Assembly (NCBI GenBank): GCA_965248695.1
Contig: CBDFKD010000002.1
Span: 5,504,001 to 5,568,000 of the forward strand
Direction: 5' to 3'
Origin: Acidobacteriota bacterium
GTDB lineage: Bacteria; Acidobacteriota; UBA890; WLXD01
Length of the DNA: 64,000 bases
The notes beneath the pieces were generated by a model, which worked only from the letters and a program-made list of their open reading frames with translations, had not been told where the DNA came from and did no database searches. Both the position numbers and the translations under genes were made by a program. Below, in pieces: positions 18,620 through 29,896 of this stretch; positions within the stretch are counted from its first letter, which is position 1, and each line of letters opens with the position of its first letter.

Positions 18620-19813
18620 ATGAAGGACGATTCCGGCTCCGTAGCCACCACGAGCGGCCTGCTGGCGGTCTACCTGACGGTCTTCGTCGACATGGTGGCG
18701 TTCGCCGTGATTCTTCCGGCGCTGCCGTTCTGGGCCATGCGCATGGGCGCCGGGGGCTTGTGGCTCGGCGTGCTCCTGACCTCCTACTCGGGCGCCAAGC
18801 TCGTTGGCGCGGCGCTCGCCGGACGAGCCTCCGACATCTGGGGACGTAAGCCCGTGCTGGTCGCCTGCCTTGCAGGCTCGGGAGTCTCCTTCATCCTCAC
18901 AGGTCTGGCGCCCTCGTTGCTGGCTCTGGCGGCAGCGCGAGCGGTGGCCGGTCTGTTCGGCGGGACGGTGGCCACCGCGCAGGCCTACGTCGCTGACGTG
19001 ACTCGCCCGACGGAGCGGGCCAAGTACATGGGGCTTCTCGGCGCCGCCATCGGCACGGGGTTCATCGTCGGCCCCGGCCTCGGCGTCGGGCTCAGCCGGT
19101 TCGGGTTCCTGGTAGTAACGCTCGTCGCCGCGGCGCTAGCGTTCGGCAACGCCATCCTGGCCGTCGTCAAGATACGTGAGACGCAGCCGGCCGCTGCCCG
19201 TGCGCTCGTCGATGCGGAGTCTCGCGCCGGCGGCCGGCGCGGCGCGGTCGTCATCTTGTCGGCGACGTTTCTGATCATCTTCGCGTTCGTGTCGATGGAG
19301 ACGACGCTGGCGTTCGTTGCTCACGACCGGTACTCGCTCGCGGAGCGCGGTTTCGGCCTCATCCTGGTGTTCGTCGGGCTCGTGATGATCGTCGTTCAGG
19401 GCGGCCTGGTCGGCAGGCTGGCTCCGAAGTACGGAGAGAGGAGGCTAGCCTGCTACGGCGCTCTCCTGCTCGGCACCTCGCTGGTGCTGCTACCGCTGGC
19501 TCCCGGGCTGGCGGCGACCATACTGCTGCTGGGCCTGCTCGCCTTCGGACAGGGACTGGCGTCGCCGACGCTGTCAGCTCTGTTGTCGCGCTACAGCGTC
19601 GGCCATGAACGGGGCGGAATGCTGGGAATCGGCCAATCTACGGCCTCGGCAGCACGAACGATCGCGCCGATCACTGCCGGATGGCTTTACGACCAGGGGG
19701 CGCCCTGGCCGTTTCTACTAGCCGGCCTGATGGCGCTGATCGCCGGCCTCGTCGTCAGCCGCTCGCCGCGCGTCGACGTTACCGAAGTCAGCCAGCCGAC
19801 GGCGCCGTGCTAG
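18620..19813 (+). CDS. MFS transporter (TetA/DHA1-like)
   Basis: GRASDIWGRKPVL motif A, AQAYVADVT...ERAK, GFIVGPGLG; about 12 TM. Confidence 0.88.
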   Translation: MKDDSGSVATTSGLLAVYLTVFVDMVAFAVILPALPFWAMRMGAGGLWLGVLLTSYSGAKLVGAALAGRASDIWGRKPVLVACLAGSGVSFILTGLAPSLLALAAARAVAGLFGGTVATAQAYVADVTRPTERAKYMGLLGAAIGTGFIVGPGLGVGLSRFGFLVVTLVAAALAFGNAILAVVKIRETQPAAARALVDAESRAGGRRGAVVILSATFLIIFAFVSMETTLAFVAHDRYSLAERGFGLILVFVGLVMIVVQGGLVGRLAPKYGERRLACYGALLLGTSLVLLPLAPGLAATILLLGLLAFGQGLASPTLSALLSRYSVGHERGGMLGIGQSTASAARTIAPITAGWLYDQGAPWPFLLAGLMALIAGLVVSRSPRVDVTEVSQPTAPC

Positions 19814-19815
19814 CG

Positions 19816-20094
19816 CTAGTGGCCTGTAACAGATGAATCGATAGTGCCGTGGTGGCGAAATGGGGTCGGATACAAGGCGCTCCGACGAGTCGATGTTGGT
19901 GCATCTCCGAGGAGGGGCAACGCCGCAGGCGGCCCGATTTCGCCGCCATCCTGCGGACAGATAGGCAGTTGCGGGCAAACTCGGCGTTGCGACTCGTCGA
20001 CGATGCGCCGCGGCATCGCCATCCTCGCCGCGCCTTGATCTCGCCCGCAAAGCCCATCTGCGGCGCTATCGATTCATCTGTTACAGGCCACTAG
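19816..20094. mobile_element. MITE-like inverted-repeat element C, flanked by CTAG
   Basis: CTAGTGGCCTGTAACAGATGAATCGATAG present as a perfect inverted repeat at both ends; interior homologous to element B. Confidence 0.8.
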
Positions 20095-20960
20095 ATCGCC
20101 CGCAACGGTGTCAGCAACGAACGCAGCGGGGCGTGAACGTGCCCGTTCGTCGCCACGATGTTGCGGCCGTGGAGTAAGCGCTGCAGCTCGGCGCTACCGG
20201 AGCAGTCGGTCACGCGGCCGCCCGCCTCGTTCACCAACAGGATCCCTGCAGCGACGTCCCAGGGTTCCAGGTGTAACTCCCAGTAGCCGTCAAGGCGCCC
20301 GCACGCCACCAGGGCGAGATCGAAGGCAGCTGAACCCAGCCGGCGCAACCCGCCAGCAACCACCCCGACGCGCGGCACATTGTCGAGGTTGTTGTCGGCG
20401 AGCGTGTCCCGTGCGTACGGGAATCCGGTGGCCAGGATCGCGTCGCTCAGGTGATTTGTAGCGGACACCGTTGCCACGGTGCCTTCGAGCGTCGTGCCGC
20501 CACCGCGAGTGGCGGCGAACGTCATCTGCAACAGCGGCGCGTGCACCACGCCGGCTACCAGCTCGCCGTGCTCGATCACCGCGATCGATACACACCACAC
20601 GGGCAGGCCGTGGAGGAAATTGACCGTCCCGTCGAGCGGATCGACCACCCATAGACGCTCGGAATCGCCATCACGACGACCCGATTCCTCAGCCAGCACG
20701 GCATCGTGGCGCGGTATCCGATCGAGGATCCAGCGTTCCGCCTCGACGTCGGCAGCGCTCACCAGGTCCCGACGACGCCCTCCCTTGCGACGGGCGTCCG
20801 CGGCGTTGAGCTTGCCGTAGTGGCGGAGCAGCACGGTGCCGGCGCCATGGGCGATATCGATGAGCTGATCGAGCACGGCCGGGTCCCGGGGGCAGGGTCG
20901 TTGAGCAAGCGGGGAGGCAGAAGCCGCCGCAGATGGCGGCGTCGGTGCCCCGCAGGTCAC
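20091..20960 (-). CDS. suhB: Inositol monophosphatase family protein
   Basis: DLVSAAD, LAEES, WVVDPLDGTVNF, RRLGSAA, WDVAAG; start uncertain. Confidence 0.85.
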   Translation of the reverse strand: MTCGAPTPPSAAASASPLAQRPCPRDPAVLDQLIDIAHGAGTVLLRHYGKLNAADARRKGGRRRDLVSAADVEAERWILDRIPRHDAVLAEESGRRDGDSERLWVVDPLDGTVNFLHGLPVWCVSIAVIEHGELVAGVVHAPLLQMTFAATRGGGTTLEGTVATVSATNHLSDAILATGFPYARDTLADNNLDNVPRVGVVAGGLRRLGSAAFDLALVACGRLDGYWELHLEPWDVAAGILLVNEAGGRVTDCSGSAELQRLLHGRNIVATNGHVHAPLRSLLTPLRAI

Positions 20961-21023
20961 GCGGTGTCTCGGGAGTATCGCCGATCAACGCGACCGGTGC
21001 CGAGCCGCGGCATGAGATCAGCC

Positions 21024-21779
21024 TCAGTAGGCCTCGAGCGCTTCCTTGTCGAGCACCCAGATGACTCGATCCTTGGACTCCACCAGGCCTTCGCGACGAA
21101 AGCCGTTGAACGCCATACTGGTGGTCTCGCGCGTTGAGCCGACCAGCTGGCCGAGATCCGTCTGTGTCAGCCGCAGGCTGATCCTGAGGCCCTGGTCGTC
21201 GGGAGCCCCGCACTGCTCGGCAAGCTGCACCAGAGCGTGGGCCAGACGCGTCCGCACGTCCTCGGACAGAAGCGAGATCATGCGATCCTCGAGCGCCTCC
21301 TTGCGCTGCGCGATGACCGCTGTGACCCAGCTGCACAGATCAGGATGCTGCTCCAGGTATCCGACGAATCGATCCCGCTCGATGACGCACATGAAGGCGT
21401 CCTCGGCGATCTGGGCGTTGTCGCGACGGCGACGGGCGCCGATAAGCGCCGTCTCTCCGAACATCGCTCCGGGCCCCTCGAAGCCGAGAATGAGCTGCTT
21501 GCCGCCGGTAATCTCGCGGTACAGCTTCACCATCCCGGTGCGCAGGACGTAGAAATGGTCGCACAGGTCTCCGGCCCGGAAGACGTCCTCACCACGCTTG
21601 AAGAGCCGCAGGTCGGCGATGTTGACCAGCTGCTTGATCTCCCAGTCTGCCAAGCTCTTGAACATCCCCATCTGCTTGAGATGCCAGTACTTGGCCTGTG
21701 ACACCGCTAAAGCCGCTTCCATTCGCTCCTCCGCGATCAGCGCTCCTGAGGTCAACTCCGGGCGGCTCACTGGCCGCAT
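21024..21779 (-). CDS. Crp/Fnr family transcriptional regulator
   Basis: cNMP-binding fold (GMVKLYR, MFGETAL) and HTH LTQTDLGQLVGSTRETTS. Confidence 0.9.
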   Translation of the reverse strand: MRPVSRPELTSGALIAEERMEAALAVSQAKYWHLKQMGMFKSLADWEIKQLVNIADLRLFKRGEDVFRAGDLCDHFYVLRTGMVKLYREITGGKQLILGFEGPGAMFGETALIGARRRRDNAQIAEDAFMCVIERDRFVGYLEQHPDLCSWVTAVIAQRKEALEDRMISLLSEDVRTRLAHALVQLAEQCGAPDDQGLRISLRLTQTDLGQLVGSTRETTSMAFNGFRREGLVESKDRVIWVLDKEALEAY

Positions 21780-21902
21780 TCATAGGGCGTTTTGCCGCCT
21801 GTGGTGCGCTGGTTACAGATCTTCGCAGCGATGGCGACGGGCCGACGGCGCAAAGAGCGTACGAATCAGCCGATGCCCGGCACTGTTGGCGGCCCCGGGC
21901 GG

Positions 21903-22574
21903 CTAGCTGGCGGCAGGTCGGTGGCCGTACAGCGTCCAGAGGTATCCGAGGAGGAAACCCGTCAGGCCCAACACGAGAATGCCACCGGTATGCCCCAACA
22001 GCACGTGGGCGGCATCCGAGTAGGGGCAGAACATGCGCCACGACGCCTCGGCGGACAGCCCTGCACCGGTGCCCGTCAGGAAACCAGCCACGAGCGGACG
22101 CTGGGGAAGGGTCCGGGCCACCAGCCAGGCGATCAACACCAGCGCCGGCAAGCCGATCAGTGACTCGGCGCGGAAGCAACCCATCCACATCGTCACGGTC
22201 CCACCGCTCGACATCGGGGCCCACATGAAGATCAGCAGGTTGACGACGATCTGCAGCGCATAGGCCGCCAGCACCACCGCGAAGATCTTCGTGGACGAGA
22301 CGCGCCAACCCGGAATGCCTTCACGCAGCGCGAAGATCAACAGCGCGAACGCAACCAACACCTGGATGGCGATAGGCACCCAAGCGAGCATCATGCCGAG
22401 CTCTCCGGTGTCGCGCAGCTGGTTGTAAGCCAGAGGCATCACCATCGCCACCACAAGGACCGGCAGCACGCCCAGCAACCGCTGCCACGGTGGACGCAGC
22501 GGGGTGACCGGGTCGATTTGGTCTCCTAGCGCACGTCGCAGGCGGTCGGGTACCTCCGGTCGCGACACACTCAT
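21903..22574 (-). CDS. NrsF/DUF1109-like membrane anti-sigma factor
   Basis: DPVTPLRPPWQR start, multiple TMs, Cys in GCF and MFCP, H-x-LLGH; coupled to the ECF sigma gene. Confidence 0.7.
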   Translation of the reverse strand: MSVSRPEVPDRLRRALGDQIDPVTPLRPPWQRLLGVLPVLVVAMVMPLAYNQLRDTGELGMMLAWVPIAIQVLVAFALLIFALREGIPGWRVSSTKIFAVVLAAYALQIVVNLLIFMWAPMSSGGTVTMWMGCFRAESLIGLPALVLIAWLVARTLPQRPLVAGFLTGTGAGLSAEASWRMFCPYSDAAHVLLGHTGGILVLGLTGFLLGYLWTLYGHRPAAS

Positions 22575-23134
22575 GCTGGCACCCTGGCGGCGCCGAACAT
22601 CTGCCGCAGGTCCTGCATCCCGCGGAACGCTCGCAACTTGGCGGCGCGTTCGCTGATGCCGAGCATGTTGCCGATCTCTCGGAAGGTAAACCCCCATACG
22701 TGGTGCAACAGCAGCGATTCCCGCCGATCCTCGGGTACTTCCAGCAATGCCTGACCGAGGTCCTCGCGGTCAGGAAACATCTCGGCAATCGGAGCTACCG
22801 GGATCTCGGGCAGCGTCTCGGGACCTGGACCCTCGTGCTTCGCCAGGCGTGCCGACGAGCGCCGGTACATCAGGTACACATGCCGTGCAATCCCGAAAGC
22901 CCACGGCTTGACGGGTCGTCCTGGCATATACGTTTGCCGCGAGCGATGTATCTGCAGAAACGTCTCCTGCATCAGATCCTCGCCGCGCGAATGGTCACGT
23001 GTGAGCGACGTGAGGTAGTTGCGTAAGGGCACCGACAGGGCAGCGAACAGCTCCTCGAACGCTTCGAGGTTGCCGTTCTGGTAGCCGACCATGAACTCGG
23101 TCAGCCGATCGGGCGAGACACCTTCAAGTCCCAC
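22571..23134 (-). CDS. ECF RNA polymerase sigma-70 factor
   Basis: AFEELF, EDLMQETFLQIHR, PWAFGIARH, region 4 FREIGNMLGISE. Confidence 0.92.
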   Translation of the reverse strand: MGLEGVSPDRLTEFMVGYQNGNLEAFEELFAALSVPLRNYLTSLTRDHSRGEDLMQETFLQIHRSRQTYMPGRPVKPWAFGIARHVYLMYRRSSARLAKHEGPGPETLPEIPVAPIAEMFPDREDLGQALLEVPEDRRESLLLHHVWGFTFREIGNMLGISERAAKLRAFRGMQDLRQMFGAARVPA

Positions 23135-23387
23135 TTCCGTTCCCTTTGCCCGTCACCGTCATCTGGTTTCGGCCCGCTCCCTCGCGAGCAGGTGACCTTC
23201 CTGCGGAACGAAAATAGGGGTTCGGGCGCGCCGGATCCGGAGATTACCATTCTCATTGACGGGCGCCCAGTTGCACGAGCAACCTCGTCGTGGCGTCCGG
23301 ATCTCGAGACACCGAGCATTTCGATTGGCTGTGAGGAAGGCCCACTCGCGCAAAGCGAGCCCGTTTCCGCAGTCGCTGGAGGCTGAC

Positions 23388-23969
23388 GTGAAGAAGCTCT
23401 TGATGTTGACGGTCCTGGCAACCGCCGGGGCGCTGCTGGCAAGCCCCGCCTGGGCCCAGCAGGACCAGGAAGCCGCGCTGTTCGGTGGCTACTCCCTTCT
23501 GCGTCTGAACCAGGGCGAGGATCAGGATCGCGCCACCCTGCACGGCTTCGTCGCCGACTACACGTACTTCATGGATCGGCGCTTCGGTTTCGTTGTCAGC
23601 GGCAGCTATCACAGGGGACCCGTCGATGCCGGTACCAATGGTCTGGGCGGGTCGGAGCTCAACTTTCGCCAGTACACGGTGCTCGCCGGACCGCACGCGG
23701 TTCTGCGGCGTACCCACACCTCCGAGCTCGGACTGCGCGCCCTCGCCGGCGCCGGCTGGCGTCGCTTCAGCGACGCTGGCCTGGAGCTCAGCAATAACGT
23801 GGAATTCACCTGGGCGGTCGAGGCACACCTCGACCTGAGGCTATCGGACAACCTCTGGCTACGCGTTCTGCAGCCCGGCATCGTCGGCACCAAGTTCAAC
23901 GACGTCCGGCGTACCGACTATCGCTTGAGCGTCGGCCTGGTGCTACACGGGGGCAGCATCTTGCAATAG
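23388..23969 (+). CDS. Secreted outer-membrane beta-barrel-like protein
   Basis: Signal peptide ending PAWA-Q, alternating aromatic beta strands, YRLSVGLVL near the C-terminus; GGAGG RBS before GTG. Confidence 0.65.
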   Translation: MKKLLMLTVLATAGALLASPAWAQQDQEAALFGGYSLLRLNQGEDQDRATLHGFVADYTYFMDRRFGFVVSGSYHRGPVDAGTNGLGGSELNFRQYTVLAGPHAVLRRTHTSELGLRALAGAGWRRFSDAGLELSNNVEFTWAVEAHLDLRLSDNLWLRVLQPGIVGTKFNDVRRTDYRLSVGLVLHGGSILQ

Positions 23970-24083
23970 GTACCCGGGTACCCAGTTTCCCGGCTACCAC
24001 GCCACACTCGTCCGCCAGCACCGAACCCACACCAACGCCACCCGGACGGCGATCCTCGCAACGCCGTCGTAGAATCGGTGGCG

Positions 24084-26744
24084 ATGCCCACCCGCCCCAC
24101 ACCTCTGTCCGAAGTCGACGCGCGTGAAACGCGCGAGTGGATCGAGAGCCTCGAGGCCGTCCTGCATCATGACGGCCCCGAGCGCGCCCGATTCCTTCTG
24201 GCGCGCCTGGCCGACCGTGCCCGGCTCGACGGTATCGAGGTGTCGACGCTCCCGTCGCGGTACACCAACACCATCGGCGTGGACCGTCAGCCGTCGTATC
24301 CCGGTGATCTGGAGATCGAGGCACGCATCTCGGCCTATGTGCGCTGGAATGCCATGGCGATGGTCGTACGGGCGAACCGCGAAGCGGCGGAGCTCGGCGG
24401 TCATCTTTCGACCTACGCCTCCGCGGAGGCCCTCTACGACGTCGGCTTCAACCACTTCTTCCGCGCCCCCACCGATGAGCACGGTGGTGATCTGGTCTAC
24501 TTCCAGGGTCATTCCTCGCCGGGTATCTACGCGCGCGCCTACCTCGAAGGTCGGCTGACCGAAGTCGAGCTCGACAGGTTCCGCCGCGAGGTCGGAGGTG
24601 GCGGGCTGTCGTCCTACCCGCACCCCTGGCTGATGCGCGATTTCTGGCAATTCGCCACGGTCTCGATGGGCCTCGGCCCCATCATGGCGATCTACCAGGC
24701 GCGCTTCCTACGCTACCTGGAGAATCGCAGCCTTGTGCCGAGCAGCGATCGGAAGGTCTGGGCCTTCCTCGGCGACGGAGAGATGGACGAGCCCGAATCA
24801 CTCGGTGCGATCACGGTTGCGGCGCGCGAGGGGCTCGACAATCTGATCTTCGTGGTCAACTGCAACCTGCAGCGGCTGGACGGGCCGGTTCGCGGTAACG
24901 GCAGCATCGTGCGCGAGCTCGAGGGCCTGTTCCGCGGTGCTGGGTGGAACGTCCTCAAGGTGTTGTGGGGCACGGCCTGGGACGAATGGCTCACCGGGCC
25001 CCACGCCGACGTCCTCGTACGCCGCATGGAGGAGGCCGTCGACGGCGACTATCAGGCGTACGCCGCGGACGGTACCGGTAAGCTGTTGCGTGAGAAGTTC
25101 TTCGGTCGCTATCCGGAGCTCGCCGGCCTTGTGGAGCACCTGAGCGACGCTGAGGTGGCTGCCATGCCATCGCGACGCGGCGGACACGATGAGCGCAAGG
25201 TGTACGCGGCGTTTGCCGCCGCCGCGTCGCACAGCGGCCAGCCGACGATCATCCTGGCGAAGACGATCAAGGGCTACGGCCTGGGGACCGCGGCGGCGCG
25301 CAATCCGACCCACCAGCAAAAAAAGCTGTCCGACGAAGGCATCCGCGCATACCGAGACTGGCTGCATTTGCCGATCCCGGACGAGGAGATCGATGATCTC
25401 CCCTACATCACCTTGCCGGACGACGCTGCCAAATATCTGCACCAGCGCCGCGCCGAGCTCGGCGGCCCGTTTCCTAGCCGCCGCGCCGTCACGGAACCGC
25501 TGGCCGTCCCCGCCCTCGAGGCGTTCAAGGCTCAGCTACGCCCGTCGGGCGATCGGGAGTTCTCCACCACGATGGTCTTCGTCCGCATGCTATCGACGCT
25601 GCTGCGCGACGAGGCAATCGGGTCGCGCGTCGTACCGATCGTGCCCGACGAGGCCCGCACGTTCGGCATGGAGGGGCTGTTCCGGCAGGTCGGGATTTAC
25701 GCCCCCTACGGGCAGCTGTACACACCGACCGACCGCGACCAGCTCGCCTACTACCGCGAGGAGCAGGCGGGCCAGATCTTGCAGGAGGGAATCACGGAAG
25801 CGGGGGCATTCTCGTCGTGGATAGCAGCGGCAACGGCGTACGTGAACCATGGGATCGTCATGCTCCCCTTCTACATCTACTACTCGATGTTCGGACTGCA
25901 GCGCATCGGCGACCTTGCCTGGGCGGCGGCCGACATGCAGGCGCGTGGCTTCCTCCTCGGTGCTACGTCGGGACGAACAACGCTCGCCGGTGAGGGCCTG
26001 CAGCACCTCGACGGCCACAGCCATGTGCTGGCCTCCGCCATACCTACCTGCCGGGCCTACGATCCGACCTACGCTCACGAAGTCGCTGTGATCATCCAGC
26101 ACGGGCTGCAAGCCATGTACGTCGACAACGAGTCGGCGTTCTACTACCTGACGCTCATGAACGAGAACTACGCTCATCCGGGGATGCCCGAGGACTCCGC
26201 CGAGGGCATCGTGCGCGGGATGTACCTGCTTCGCGCAACCGAGACGACGCCGCAGGTGCAGCTCATGGGTAGCGGTGCGATCCTTCGCGAGGTCGAGGCT
26301 GCCGCCGAGATGCTGCGTGGCGATTTCGAGATCGAGGCGGACGTGTGGAGTGTTACCAGCTTCACCGAGCTCGGTCGCGATGGCATGCGCGTCGCGCGCT
26401 GGAACCGATTGCATCCGGAAGCGACCGCCCGCAGCTGTTTCGTACAGCAGCAGCTGGCCGATCGACCCGGCCCGGTGATCGCCGCCACCGACTATCTGGA
26501 GAGTTTCGCCGGCCAGATCAGGCCTTTCGTCGAGCGCCGCTTCGTCACGCTGGGCACCAACGGGTTCGGACGCAGCGACACCCGCGCGAGGCTGCGCTCG
26601 TTCTTCGAGGTCGACCGCCGCCATATCGTCGTAGCAGCGCTGAAGGCACTCGCCGACGACGGCGCCTATGAGGCCGCCGCCGTGGCCGGAGCGATCAAGA
26701 AATACGACATCGACCCGGACGCTGCCGACCCCGCAGCGCTGTAG
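24084..26744 (+). CDS. aceE: Pyruvate dehydrogenase E1, homodimeric type
   Basis: ETREWIESL, LGGHLSTYAS, TPP motif GDGEMDEPES...NCNLQRLDGP, EGLQH. Confidence 0.97.
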   Translation: MPTRPTPLSEVDARETREWIESLEAVLHHDGPERARFLLARLADRARLDGIEVSTLPSRYTNTIGVDRQPSYPGDLEIEARISAYVRWNAMAMVVRANREAAELGGHLSTYASAEALYDVGFNHFFRAPTDEHGGDLVYFQGHSSPGIYARAYLEGRLTEVELDRFRREVGGGGLSSYPHPWLMRDFWQFATVSMGLGPIMAIYQARFLRYLENRSLVPSSDRKVWAFLGDGEMDEPESLGAITVAAREGLDNLIFVVNCNLQRLDGPVRGNGSIVRELEGLFRGAGWNVLKVLWGTAWDEWLTGPHADVLVRRMEEAVDGDYQAYAADGTGKLLREKFFGRYPELAGLVEHLSDAEVAAMPSRRGGHDERKVYAAFAAAASHSGQPTIILAKTIKGYGLGTAAARNPTHQQKKLSDEGIRAYRDWLHLPIPDEEIDDLPYITLPDDAAKYLHQRRAELGGPFPSRRAVTEPLAVPALEAFKAQLRPSGDREFSTTMVFVRMLSTLLRDEAIGSRVVPIVPDEARTFGMEGLFRQVGIYAPYGQLYTPTDRDQLAYYREEQAGQILQEGITEAGAFSSWIAAATAYVNHGIVMLPFYIYYSMFGLQRIGDLAWAAADMQARGFLLGATSGRTTLAGEGLQHLDGHSHVLASAIPTCRAYDPTYAHEVAVIIQHGLQAMYVDNESAFYYLTLMNENYAHPGMPEDSAEGIVRGMYLLRATETTPQVQLMGSGAILREVEAAAEMLRGDFEIEADVWSVTSFTELGRDGMRVARWNRLHPEATARSCFVQQQLADRPGPVIAATDYLESFAGQIRPFVERRFVTLGTNGFGRSDTRARLRSFFEVDRRHIVVAALKALADDGAYEAAAVAGAIKKYDIDPDAADPAAL

Positions 26745-26770
26745 CAACAATCGCAACAACGGAGACGAAG

Positions 26771-28039
26771 TTGGCTCAGATACGAGAGGTCACGGTCCCG
26801 GACATCGGCGACTTCGACGACGTCGAGGTCGTCGAGCTCCTGGTCGGCGCCGGCGATACCGTTGCGGCGGATCAGTCGCTGATCACCCTCGAGAGCGACA
26901 AGGCCTCGATGGAGGTACCGTCGCCGGTGGCCGGGGTGGTCGTTGATCTCCGCGTCGCGGTGGGCGACAGCGTTGCCGAGGGCCACGTCATCTTGACCCT
27001 CCAAGCATCCGGGACCGGGCCCGACGACGAGGCCTCGGCCGGTGCCGATCCGTTCAGCACATTCCGCCAGGAACCGCGGGCGCCTGAACCAGAAACCGTG
27101 TCGCCGGCGCCTCCGCCGCGGGAGCACGCAGCTCCGATTACCGTTGAGTCCGTAGATCCGGCTTCCCTTCCGTGGGCAAGTCCCTCGACGCGCAAGCTGG
27201 CGCGCGATCTCGGCGTCGACATCTCGGCGCTGTCCGGCAGCGGACGCGCTGGACGCCTGACGCGAGCAGATGTCGAGCAAGGTGCGCATCGGACCTCCGG
27301 GTCCCTGCTGCCCGAGATGCCCACCATCGACTTCGCCCAGTTCGGCGAGGTCGAGCTGCAGCCGTTGACGCGGATCCAACGGCTTACCGGTGAGAACCTC
27401 CACCGAGCCTGGCTGCATGTGCCGCACGTGACCCAGTTCGACGAAGCCGACATCACGGAGCTCGAAGCTTTCCGCAAAGCGCACAAGGCCGAGGCCGAGG
27501 AACTGGGCTTCAAGCTCACCTTCGTGAGCTTCATGATCGCCGCCGCAGCCGCCGCGTTGCGCAAGTTCCCGCGCCTCAACTCGTCGCTCGACCCGGTCGG
27601 TGGCAGCCTGGTCGCGAAACGCTACACGCACGTCGGGGTGGCGGTAGACACGCCAAAGGGACTCGTCGTGCCGGTGATCCGCGATGCCGATCAGAAGCGC
27701 GTATTCCAGCTCGCCGAAGAGCTCGCCGAGGTCAGCTCGCGGGCCCGAAACGGCAAGCTCACGCCGACAGACATCCAGGGGGGCAGCTTCACCATCTCCA
27801 GTCTCGGAGGTATTGGCGGCACTGCCTTCACGCCGATCGTCAACGCTCCCGAGGTCGCCATTCTCGGAGTTTCCCGCGCCCGCATGCAGCCGGTCTGGCA
27901 GGACGGGCAATTCGTTCCGCGACTCATGTTGCCGCTGTCGCTTTCTTATGACCATCGGGTCATCGACGGTGCCGCCGCTGCCCGTTTCACGACCTACCTG
28001 TCGAGCGTGCTGTCCGATATTCGCGGCCTGCTGCTGTAG
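26771..28039 (+). CDS. aceF: Dihydrolipoamide acetyltransferase E2 (one lipoyl domain)
   Basis: LESDKASMEVP lipoyl site, ASPSTRKLARDLGVD, SYDHRVIDGA. Confidence 0.95.
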   Translation: MAQIREVTVPDIGDFDDVEVVELLVGAGDTVAADQSLITLESDKASMEVPSPVAGVVVDLRVAVGDSVAEGHVILTLQASGTGPDDEASAGADPFSTFRQEPRAPEPETVSPAPPPREHAAPITVESVDPASLPWASPSTRKLARDLGVDISALSGSGRAGRLTRADVEQGAHRTSGSLLPEMPTIDFAQFGEVELQPLTRIQRLTGENLHRAWLHVPHVTQFDEADITELEAFRKAHKAEAEELGFKLTFVSFMIAAAAAALRKFPRLNSSLDPVGGSLVAKRYTHVGVAVDTPKGLVVPVIRDADQKRVFQLAEELAEVSSRARNGKLTPTDIQGGSFTISSLGGIGGTAFTPIVNAPEVAILGVSRARMQPVWQDGQFVPRLMLPLSLSYDHRVIDGAAAARFTTYLSSVLSDIRGLLL

Positions 28040-28047
28040 CGAAGCCC

Positions 28048-29835
<1,788 letters not shown>

Positions 29836-29896
29836 CTGGTCACCACCAGCTCCATCTCGTCGCAACGGTTGCCCGACGACGCTGGTCGCCTCGGCG

